Of a stretch of DNA of 64,000 bases, positions 1-8,126 are shown piece by piece. This DNA comes from Methanothrix sp. (GTDB lineage: Archaea > Halobacteriota > Methanosarcinia > Methanotrichales > Methanotrichaceae), in assembly GCA_963682135.1 (NCBI GenBank), contig OY821645.1:1088001-1152000 (forward strand), in the 5' to 3' direction. Position numbers and translations under genes: made by a program. Positions within the stretch are counted from its first letter, which is position 1; the number at the start of each line of letters is the position of its first letter. The notes beneath the pieces were generated by a model. The model did no database searches. It had not been told where the DNA came from and was given only the letters and a program-made list of their open reading frames with translations.

Positions 1-2502
1 AAGAAAATCGGGTATTTGGGCGATGTTTCCCATGAATTATCGGCATTATGCGAGACAGTTAACCTAGAACCTGAAAACTTCAAAGAAATCGCAACGCGGA
101 TCCACAATGGTCCAGGATTTATTTCGAAAGCAGGAAGATATCTTTATGTAACACCAGAAATTATCGCGCAGACGGGATTTGATCTGGCATGGAACAATTG
201 GATCAGTGATGATCCCGAAAGCTTTCTTAAAAAGTTGCCGAAAATACTACTTGAATCATTTTATTTGCGAACAAGGGAAAGCGCATCGGAGGTGGTCAGA
301 ACCACAATTGGGGACTTCTTTCGAAAATGGTCATTCGAACTCAGACATAGCCAACTCAATTCGGTCGAAGCGGTCAATCGCCTAATAACTCTAATCGAAG
401 TTGAACCTAGAATTTATTTGCCAGTCCTTCGAAACCTTATTGAACAATCAACACTAGAAGAACTCAAGAGTATAAGTGGGAAAAATAGGGATGGCAATTA
501 CGGCCCAAGACGTTCCATTGTATGGCTGGCCGAGAGGATTGCAGCATTTCCTGAATACTTCGATGATGCCGAGAACATTTTGCTTAGATTGGGTTTAGCC
601 GAATCGGAGAAAAATATAGGAAATAATGCAACCGCTATTTGGAGACAACTTTATAGGATCGCGTTGTCAGGCACTGCGGTACCCTTTTTGGCTCGATTAA
701 ATCGACTTGAGCTGAGAATCTTATCATATGAAGATGAAACCTCTCATTTTGCTATTGGTGCGCTAGATGGAATACTAAATGATCATGCAATGCGTAGGGC
801 AGGGCCTTCAATAGTCGCAGGAAAAATACCTCCCGAGGAGTACGTCCCAAATACTAATGATGAATATATCAAGTGTATATCTGAGACTTTTAAATTATTG
901 CGTAGAATAATTAACCATGCTAGCATTCCGGATGACATAAAAAGGAGCGCTAAATATACGGTAGTAGATAATACAAGAACTTTACTTAATTTAGGTTTAG
1001 CGGACGAGTTACAGGTTACACTTTCTGAAAGAAATATTGATAACGACTTAAGAGCGAAATTGATTGAAAACATTGAAACGTTCTTGCACTTTGATATTAA
1101 AGCCAAATGGGGACGACCAGCACTTGCTGATGATTACGTAAAAAAAGTGGATATGTATCTTGCAAACCTAAAGCCGTCTGACGTTGGAGGACGAATTAGT
1201 ATTGTTGTAGGAACTTGCCGAGGTCATTACTCAATTTTGGGTAACGAAGATAAATTGGAATCGGAAGTAGAGTCGCTTGCCAAAGAATTCTTAGAGCACC
1301 CAGAAAACTTAAAGCAAGAGATTGAGACACTATTTTCCCCAGATGCTAAGAATGCCTCAAGCTTCGGCTACGGTCTTGGCAAATTAGATAAAAATGCTAT
1401 ATTTTTAGATTTCATAATTGAGTCGAGTATTAAATATAATTCCACAGAATTCGGCAGAGGATATCTGAGTGGTATTTTGGATTCATATCCGAGCCATGCG
1501 GATTTCATTAATAAAAAATTTGATGAAATCCAAATGGAATACCCCGTTTTAGCTTATGAATTATTCATGACGAGAATTGAATTAACTAATGCATTGGAAA
1601 GGGCACTTAAATTAGTCGATTTAGGAAAACTGGGACCCATCTACCTGGGTCGATTTATTTATGGTAAAGGGGAACACCAATTATCACAAAATAGTTTTAG
1701 AAATATACTTCAGAGACTGGTTGGTGCTGCTATTAAAGGGGATGCGCCCTCAATTAAGGCCGCGTTAGAATTTATCTCGTTTAGGATATTTAGCGAAAAG
1801 GAAGGTAAAATAGGACAAATATTAGATCAAGATGATATCAGGTCACTCGCTTGGAGGCTTATTGAAATCACTCCTAAGAAGGCCAAGTCATACGAATGGA
1901 CACAAATAATTGAGGCATTGTCAAAATATGACCCAGATCGAGCTGCAAAGTTGGCGGTTCTTGGACTAGCCGAAGGAGACCTTTTGCAATTGGGTGATTT
2001 TATCTCTTTTTTTACATCCTTGGCAAAGATGCATCCTGAATTAGTAATGCAGAGGCTCGGAGAAGTAATGCTCGACGAAGAAAAGGGATGGATTTTCTAC
2101 ACATACAAATTTAGTCCATTTTTCAAAGCCATTCCGGATGAGTCTATAATTAAATGGGTGAAGGATCATGGAGTCGAAGGAGCACGCCGATTAGCAAACC
2201 ACTTGCCTGCGCCTTACGTTTCCGACAATGGAGATGCAATTGTTCCAAATATTACTCAATTTATCCTAGATAATTATGGGGATGATGATAGAGTATTTAA
2301 TCAGTTTGCACTTGGTATGCATTCATTTCAATTATATTCTGGAGATATAGCTTCTCAGCACGACAGAGAAGCTGAAATCGCTCGAACATTTTTAAGCCAT
2401 CCTTCTGAGAGAATAAGGAAGTGGGCTCAAATGGAAGAAGAGAATGCAATTTCTGAAGCCAAAAGATGGAGGCAATTCGAAGAAGAAAGACAACTTGATT
2501 AG
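1..2502 (+). CDS. C-terminal part of a large alpha-helical protein, probably defence-associated (N-terminus outside window)
   Basis: 828+ aa ORF open to the window edge; visibly AT-richer than housekeeping genes; directly upstream of an EVE-nuclease and TA island; no catalytic motif recognised in the visible part. Confidence 0.55.
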   Translation, partial: KKIGYLGDVSHELSALCETVNLEPENFKEIATRIHNGPGFISKAGRYLYVTPEIIAQTGFDLAWNNWISDDPESFLKKLPKILLESFYLRTRESASEVVRTTIGDFFRKWSFELRHSQLNSVEAVNRLITLIEVEPRIYLPVLRNLIEQSTLEELKSISGKNRDGNYGPRRSIVWLAERIAAFPEYFDDAENILLRLGLAESEKNIGNNATAIWRQLYRIALSGTAVPFLARLNRLELRILSYEDETSHFAIGALDGILNDHAMRRAGPSIVAGKIPPEEYVPNTNDEYIKCISETFKLLRRIINHASIPDDIKRSAKYTVVDNTRTLLNLGLADELQVTLSERNIDNDLRAKLIENIETFLHFDIKAKWGRPALADDYVKKVDMYLANLKPSDVGGRISIVVGTCRGHYSILGNEDKLESEVESLAKEFLEHPENLKQEIETLFSPDAKNASSFGYGLGKLDKNAIFLDFIIESSIKYNSTEFGRGYLSGILDSYPSHADFINKKFDEIQMEYPVLAYELFMTRIELTNALERALKLVDLGKLGPIYLGRFIYGKGEHQLSQNSFRNILQRLVGAAIKGDAPSIKAALEFISFRIFSEKEGKIGQILDQDDIRSLAWRLIEITPKKAKSYEWTQIIEALSKYDPDRAAKLAVLGLAEGDLLQLGDFISFFTSLAKMHPELVMQRLGEVMLDEEKGWIFYTYKFSPFFKAIPDESIIKWVKDHGVEGARRLANHLPAPYVSDNGDAIVPNITQFILDNYGDDDRVFNQFALGMHSFQLYSGDIASQHDREAEIARTFLSHPSERIRKWAQMEEENAISEAKRWRQFEEERQLD

Positions 2503-2584
2503 ACTTGGGGATTGATAACTATATAAATTTTTCACATCCTTTGATATATCCATCAATCCTCCCTCGCACTTCTCTCAGGTTCCA

Positions 2585-2666
2585 GGCCCTTTTTGCCGGG
2601 GCCCCAGGGCGGCCACGGGCACCCGTGCCCGTGCGCCCGCGCGTGCACCTGCGGGTGGGCGGGGCC
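2585..2666. repeat. GC-rich intergenic repeat, copy A
   Basis: Ends GTGCACCTGCGGGTGGGCGG, similar to GCGCACCCGTGGGTGGGCGG of the copy at 4977-5080. Confidence 0.55.
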
Positions 2667-2794
2667 AACCGACTTAATCTGAATATGGGCGTTTACGCTA
2701 AACATATTCCCGTTCAAGCCTAAAGCTATTTTAACTCGTTTCGCCATCTTCTGGAAGAGATGCGGTAAGATAATTTGCCAAGAGGGAGCTGCAA

Positions 2795-3889
2795 ATGACC
2801 CGAAAGTACTGGCTGGATCTTTTTACAGGAACAACCTGGGAGGAATTCCTGGAGCACGGCGCAAAAGTAAGCGGCTTTAGGGAGAGCAGGAAAAAATCGG
2901 CGCAGAGGATCTCCCCAGGCGATTATCTCCTCTGCTACTTAACCGGCATTTCACGGTTTGTCGGCATCCTGGAAGTCAAGTCAAAATGCTATTCAGATAC
3001 CACCCCAATCTGGAAAGATGAGCTTTTCCCGATCCGCTTTGAGGTCGAGCTGGTGGAAAGATTGGAGGCAAAAACGGCGATTCCCGTCCTCAGCCTCAAA
3101 GATGAACTGGAGCTATTCAAGGGGCTGAAGTCCAGGAATGCCTGGACGGGATTTTTCAGGGGATCTCCTGCCGAATTTAACCCAAAGGACGGAGAAATAA
3201 TTTCCAGTGCCATCAGAAACGCCGTTAAAAATCCGGTTGAACTGGAATACGACGAGCGGAAGTACCGCCGCAAAACTAAGACATACGAATCAAAGATCGG
3301 CGTGGTGACAGTGCCCGAGGATCATGAGGAGGATACCAAGAAGGCCCCGCTCGAAGAGACCACTCATGAAGAGATCCAGTTTCTATTGCTCAAGCTAGGC
3401 TCGGACCTGGGCCTGGATGTGTGGGTTGCCAGGAACGACCGCAACCGCAATTACAATGGAATCAATTTTCAGGACGTTGCTAATCTGAGAAGGGAGCTTC
3501 CCAGGCAGTTTGATGATGCCACCAACAGAACCATTGAACTGATTGACGTTCTCTGGCTGCAAGGCGATGCCATAATAGCCGCCTTCGAGGTGGAGCATAC
3601 CACGGCCATTTACTCAGGCTTGCTGCGGATGTCGGACCTGGTGAGCATGCAGCCCAATATCAAGCTCGATCTCTTCATGGTCGCACCGGATGAGCGGCGA
3701 GAGAAGGTGTTCTACGAGATCAACCGGCCCACCTTCGCCAGGCTTAAGCCTCCCCTCCCGAAGATCTGCCGGTTCATTCCATATTCAGAGCTGAAGAGGG
3801 AAGTAGAGCAGATCGGAAGCAGAATGCGCTACATGAAGCCGGAGTTCATCTCTGAGATTGCAGAAAGCTGCGAGCCGGAGGATTCGTGA
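2795..3889 (+). CDS. EVE-domain protein fused to PD-(D/E)XK-like nuclease (putative modification-dependent restriction enzyme)
   Basis: N-terminal YWLDLF...PGDYLLCY...FVGILEV (EVE/PUA-like); C-terminal IDVLW...AAFEVEHTT nuclease-like motif. Confidence 0.75.
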   Translation: MTRKYWLDLFTGTTWEEFLEHGAKVSGFRESRKKSAQRISPGDYLLCYLTGISRFVGILEVKSKCYSDTTPIWKDELFPIRFEVELVERLEAKTAIPVLSLKDELELFKGLKSRNAWTGFFRGSPAEFNPKDGEIISSAIRNAVKNPVELEYDERKYRRKTKTYESKIGVVTVPEDHEEDTKKAPLEETTHEEIQFLLLKLGSDLGLDVWVARNDRNRNYNGINFQDVANLRRELPRQFDDATNRTIELIDVLWLQGDAIIAAFEVEHTTAIYSGLLRMSDLVSMQPNIKLDLFMVAPDERREKVFYEINRPTFARLKPPLPKICRFIPYSELKREVEQIGSRMRYMKPEFISEIAESCEPEDS

Positions 3890-4027
3890 GCGTGGACGGG
3901 CGGGCGGGGATGGCTGGAGCGCCCTGGATTCGCGGGACCAGGCCCGCGCGCGAGTCATCCGCTAATTCCAGGCGACAAAATGGTCCAGGAGCTTGCTGGA
4001 TAAAACCAGAGGTTAGATCCTGGAGGG

Positions 4028-4291
4028 CTATCGTCCCTGCACATATCCTCGCTCCCTGAGAAATGCGTTTTGGACCCATACCGTTGCATCCTCCACAAAA
4101 TACTCAAATCGGTGCTCACCGATTCTCAGGCGATAGACATCATGCGTCTTGCCTTTGAGCTTCTTGATATCCAGACCGCTTCTGGATGTAAATGGGTCAT
4201 CGCCCAATCTGGCAAGTCCTTCTTTTAGTCTCTCTTTTTCACCGCTCTCATCCAGGTACTTCTTGACTCTAGGATGGACTTGAACCTGCAT
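4028..4291 (-). CDS. RelE/ParE family toxin
   Basis: 87 aa from ATG at 4291; IKKLKG...YRLRIGEHR motif; start overlaps antitoxin stop (TGATG). Confidence 0.85.
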   Translation of the reverse strand: MQVQVHPRVKKYLDESGEKERLKEGLARLGDDPFTSRSGLDIKKLKGKTHDVYRLRIGEHRFEYFVEDATVWVQNAFLRERGYVQGR

Positions 4292-4494
4292 CAGACTTCT
4301 TCCAGAGGTATGAAATCCGTCTTCTCTTTCTGCAGCCGCTCCCATCTGGCCTCGATGATCTCCTCCAGATCACCTTCCTCATAGAATCTGATCAGCCTCT
4401 GCAAGACTTCATCTTCTGTCTCACTGCCACGAGCCAGAAGCTTTAAGCGGATCTTGATGTCTTCATTGACGTGAATCGTTGCGCCCATTGTCAC
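4291..4494 (-). CDS. Cognate antitoxin (RHH-like N-terminus)
   Basis: 67 aa, TIHVNEDIKIRLK...FIPLEEV; translationally coupled upstream of RelE. Confidence 0.75.
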   Translation of the reverse strand: MTMGATIHVNEDIKIRLKLLARGSETEDEVLQRLIRFYEEGDLEEIIEARWERLQKEKTDFIPLEEV

Positions 4495-4619
4495 ACCATA
4501 CCAGGGTTCATTTTGCCGCTTTTCTCAGTTAAACGTTTTCATGGCCTCCGATAAAAATTATTTTGTAATAGGCCATAATGCCATATGACTGCACTATGCA
4601 TTTTCATGATCGACCCCCT

Positions 4620-4892
4620 GAAGTGAGGCCCATCATGGCCATCTACCCTGGCCTGCCCAACATCAAGCTCGATCTCTTCATGGTCGCACCGGATGAGCGG
4701 CGGGAGAAGGTGTTCTACGAGATCAACCGGCCCACCTTCGCCAGGCGTAAGCCGCCCCTCCCGAAGATCTGCCGGTTCATTCCTTACTCGGAACTGAAGA
4801 AGGAAGTCGAGCAGATCGGGAGCAGAATGCGCTACATGAAGCCGGAGTTCATCTCTGAGATTGCGGAAAGCTGCGAGCCGGACTACTCATGA
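4620..4892 (+). pseudogene. Duplicated 3' tail of the EVE-nuclease gene
   Basis: Near-identical to about 3587-3889 (PNIKLDLFMVAPDERRE...AESCEP) with an internal 30-bp deletion removing LRMSDLVSMQ. Confidence 0.9.
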
Positions 4893-4976
4893 ATTGCCGC
4901 TGTGCTTCCAGCTCGGCCACCATTTTTGACCGATCCAATCCAACTGCCACCTAGATTTTCGGGACTGCAAAGCCCT

Positions 4977-5080
4977 GCGCCCTTACCCCACGCCCCTGAT
5001 TTCCGCCGACGGGCTGCCCACGCTGCTCCCGGGCACGCGCCCGCACACCTGCCAGCGCACCCGTGGGTGGGCGGAGGGCC
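4977..5080. repeat. GC-rich intergenic repeat, copy C
   Basis: Shares GCGCCCTT, GATTTCYGCCG, GGCACGCGCCCG and CCCGTGGGTG blocks with 6920-7014. Confidence 0.75.
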
Positions 5081-5134
5081 GCCTGGCATCGCAAGTTAGT
5101 AGTAATAATGCCAACACATTCAATTCTGACGATC

Positions 5135-5494
5135 ATGATTCTCACTTCCAAGAAAATCCTGGACATCCACGAGCTGATAATCAGCAATTTTGGCGGTTTG
5201 GACGGAGTTCTTTGTCAGGGTACGATCGATTACCTGGTCGATCAGATAAATGCAGAGTCTGATCATTTTCGCAAAGCGGCTCTCGCTCTGCATATCGTGG
5301 CTAACTGCCACCCATTCCTGGATGGAAACAAGAGATCGGCCTTTCAAATAGCAGAATTAATCCTGAGCAGTGAAGGATACGCCATCATCGCAAAAGATGA
5401 TGAAATAATCCATATGCTTCTAAGAATCGCCAGTTACCAGTGCCAGGTTGATGAAGTCAAATTCTGGCTTCTAAAGAACACCGCTCAACTCTGA
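5135..5494 (+). CDS. doc: Fic/Doc (death-on-curing) family toxin
   Basis: HPFLDGNKR motif; start uncertain (5108 or 5135). Confidence 0.85.
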   Translation: MILTSKKILDIHELIISNFGGLDGVLCQGTIDYLVDQINAESDHFRKAALALHIVANCHPFLDGNKRSAFQIAELILSSEGYAIIAKDDEIIHMLLRIASYQCQVDEVKFWLLKNTAQL

Positions 5495-5498
5495 GCAC

Positions 5499-5645
5499 TC
5501 ACATTTCGGCTAAACGCTTCATTAGTTTTTCATTGCGCCGCATGCTTTCTTCAAGGCGCTGTCTCTCGCCAGGGCTTAGGCCTTCAATTTTATTTGCAGA
5601 TATCTCTTGCTCCCTCCTTGATCCAGGAGTTGGTTGCCCTGACAT
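5499..5645 (-). CDS. 48-aa putative antitoxin (not in ORF track), convergent to doc
   Basis: Hand translation MSGQPTPGSRREQEISANKIEGLSPGERQRLEESMRRNEKLMKRLAEM; C-terminal ...KRLAE resembles small Doc partners; tail duplicated at about 7150-7200. Confidence 0.55.
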   Translation of the reverse strand: MSGQPTPGSRREQEISANKIEGLSPGERQRLEESMRRNEKLMKRLAEM

Positions 5646-5668
5646 GAAACACTACAGGCTTGCTGGGA

Positions 5669-6052
5669 TTAAATAGCTATTTGCGAGACGATCCTGGCCG
5701 CGTACCCAATCGCCGCCCGCACATCCTCCTGCTCTATCCTATACTCTCGGGCAGTTTCCTCGATCTGCATGCCTCCGGCCAGCGCGCCCAGGATGACAAC
5801 CACAGGAACCCGCGTTCCTCGTATGACGGGCTTGCCATGCGCGATCTCAGAATCGAGGACGATCCGCTCATCTCGCTGCAGGGGAATATCCCAGCCCTCA
5901 TAGCCGCTCTCCTCCCAGTCACGGTGGAGTTCTTCTATAAACGCCTCATTGTAATTGGTCTCGCCCACAAAGCCGCAAAACTTACTGGTTTTTGATTGCC
6001 TGCAAGCTGCGGCCTTGTCACCTGCAATTTCATCTTCAGTCTCATCGGTCAT
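5669..6052 (-). CDS. DUF433 domain antitoxin-like protein with probably mosaic N-terminus
   Basis: IVLDSEIAHGKPVIRGTRVPV...LAGGM...IEQEDVRAAIGYAA is a typical DUF433 sequence. Confidence 0.75.
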   Translation of the reverse strand: MTDETEDEIAGDKAAACRQSKTSKFCGFVGETNYNEAFIEELHRDWEESGYEGWDIPLQRDERIVLDSEIAHGKPVIRGTRVPVVVILGALAGGMQIEETAREYRIEQEDVRAAIGYAARIVSQIAI

Positions 6053-6434
6053 ATTGGCGGCATCCTGTTTTCTCTTTTTTCATCCACTCGATTCCCAGAA
6101 AGATCTCGTCAATTGTAAGATCGCAAACATGAGAGCGCTCTTTGCTGTAGTCGCCTTTCCCAGAATTTTGGCTCTGCCAAAGGCGAGTAGCATCTACCAT
6201 GCTATGGCATTCTTCATGCGGGTCAGGGTGTTTTTCATTGCTGTTCGCAGTCGCTTCGCTATCATCGTCATCATAATTCCAGATTTCCGACTCGATGATC
6301 TCATCAATCAGCTTCTGGTCGTCAAGCTGAATCGAACCTGCCAGCCGCTCAGCGATGCTCAATTTCTTGTCCATTACTACCGCCAACTCCATATCCAATT
6401 CTATTCCAGCCCCAGTGCCTATGCGAGCCCGCAC
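6042..6434 (-). pseudogene. Mosaic ORF: AbrB-antitoxin tail plus tail of a GxGDYxKER-type small protein
   Basis: LAGSIQLDDQKLIDEIIESE duplicates the end of ORF 6574-6801; followed by SGKGDYSKER...DLTIDEI. Confidence 0.55.
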
Positions 6435-6573
6435 GCAGCCGCAAGCGGTGTCGATGATGGGCAGATGCTATTATGGTTTATAAATGCAAATATCTTCTGC
6501 TTGCTGAAAATCGTTATCATTATCTATAAGTATCTTGGATTGGGGCATAGCAAATCCAGAGAGCCAATCACAG

Positions 6574-6801
6574 CTAATCCTCGGATTCGATAATCTCTTC
6601 TATAAGTTTTTGATCGTCTAATTTGATTGAGCCTGTAAGTTGATCAGTAAGGCTTTTGATCGGCTTGATGAGCAATTCTCCACCATTCACACTCAAAGCT
6701 ACTCGTTTGCCTTCACAAAGGTCGATCTCAGACAATATTGAACTGGGAAGCTCAATTATCCCGCCTTTCTTAACAATAACCTCCATCGATCTCACCAACA
6801 T
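6574..6801 (-). CDS. AbrB/MazE-family antitoxin (no intact toxin downstream)
   Basis: VKKGGIIELPSSILSEIDLCEGKRV...LLIKP swapped-hairpin signature. Confidence 0.8.
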   Translation of the reverse strand: MLVRSMEVIVKKGGIIELPSSILSEIDLCEGKRVALSVNGGELLIKPIKSLTDQLTGSIKLDDQKLIEEIIESED

Positions 6802-6919
6802 TACTAATATGCCCCTGCCTATAAAAATAGATTTCCAAATTATGAGTGCCTAGGCGAGACGGACAGGCAAAATAGGTCGTCTTCCAGACCAGCAGCCATC
6901 CCCCGGCAGTGGCCCGACC

Positions 6920-7014
6920 GCGCCCTTCCCCCCCGCGCCACCGGATTTCTGCCGGGAGATCGCCCCGCCGCCCCAGGCACGCGCCCGGCCCCCGTGCGTG
7001 CGCTCCCGTGGGTG
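6920..7014. repeat. GC-rich intergenic repeat, copy D
   Basis: Direct repeat homologous to 4977-5080. Confidence 0.75.
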
Positions 7015-7049
7015 AACATGTAGCGTTCCAATGGACGCAACCGCAAGAT

Positions 7050-7310
7050 AATCCAAATGCTGCTAAGAATCGCCAGTTACGAGTGCCGGGTCGATGAAGT
7101 CAAAATCTGTCTTGAGAAAAACGCGGGCGGAATCTGAAAGGAACGCTTGCATTTCGGCTGAACGCTTCATGAGTTTTTCATTGCGCTGCATGCTTTCTTT
7201 AATTTCTGTCTTCTCGTTCTTCAGATGGGCTTTGATCTGCTTGGATTAAATAGCTTCTTGAGAGACGATCTTTGCCGCGTACCCGATCGCCGCCCGCACA
7301 TCCTCTTGCT
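7050..7310. pseudogene. Concatenated 3' tails of doc, the 48-aa gene and the DUF433 gene
   Basis: 7050-7200 resembles 5407-5551; 7238-7310 resembles 5661-5734. Confidence 0.8.
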
Positions 7311-7348
7311 CCTTCTGGTGAGGCAAGCAGCAATAAATATCAGAAGTA

Positions 7349-8098
7349 ATGAGGCATATCCGTATGGAAAACACCATTATTAGGCAAAGGATCCGGAAGA
7401 TGTTGATTATTCTCTCATTTGTCCTATTGCCGGCTACATTTGTATATATATCCTGTCCGATAATAATACAAGGCGCATCTGAAGGGATTGTTACCGGTGG
7501 CCTGATCCTCTTTATCCTCCTCTTTATCAGTTCCCTATTCCTGGGCAGGCTCTGGTGCGGCTGGCTCTGTCCAGGAGGCGGTCTGCAAGAGATTTATTTT
7601 GATATAAATAATAAAAATGTCAAAGCAAGCAGGCTAAACTGGCTTAAGTATCTCATATTCCTTGCAGTTATTCTCATCCCCCTCATCTCTGCAATTCGCT
7701 CCGCGGGAGGATTTACCACTATTGATCTTTTTTATAACACAGATCATGGAATCTCAATCGCCAAACAGGGAGCGTACGTAATATTCTTCGTCCAAATCGC
7801 TTTCTTTACCGTATTTGCCATGCTGGGCGGAAAACGGGGTTTCTGTCATTATTTCTGCCCGATCGCAGTGATAATTATCACCGGAAGGAAGATTCGAAAT
7901 CTGATCCGCTGGCCGGCTCTTCACCTCTCAGCTATTGGGAGCCGTTGCACCGACTGAAATAAATGCTCAATAAACTGCCCCATGGGGCTTGATGTGAACA
8001 TCATGGTCCGACAAGGGCGAATGGAAAACACGGAGTGCATACTCTGTGGCGTCTGCGCGGATGTCTGCCCGAAACAAGCGATCCACTATGAATTATAA
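7349..8098 (+). CDS. Membrane 4Fe-4S binding protein (NapH/MauN-like) with in-frame TGA at 7955-7957
   Basis: GRLWCGWLCP and FCHYFCP motifs; frame continues past TGA as C-T-D-*-N-K-C-S-I-N-C-P...CILCGVCADVCP to TAA at 8096-8098. Confidence 0.8.
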
Positions 8099-8100
8099 TT

Positions 8101-8123
8101 TGCCGGCCTCATGAAGCCGGCAA
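8101..8123. terminator. Hairpin between convergent genes
   Basis: TGCCGGC-N8-GCCGGCA inverted repeat. Confidence 0.45.
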
Positions 8124-8126
8124 TAG

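Noticed and set aside
3587-4892. Diversity-generating retroelement TR/VR pair
   Set aside because: No reverse transcriptase in window; differences are not confined to adenines and include a deletion
2505-7097. Pro/Arg/Gly-rich short ORFs (2505-2723, 4883-5099, 6840-7097)
   Set aside because: Artefacts of the GC-rich repeats, which lack stop codons
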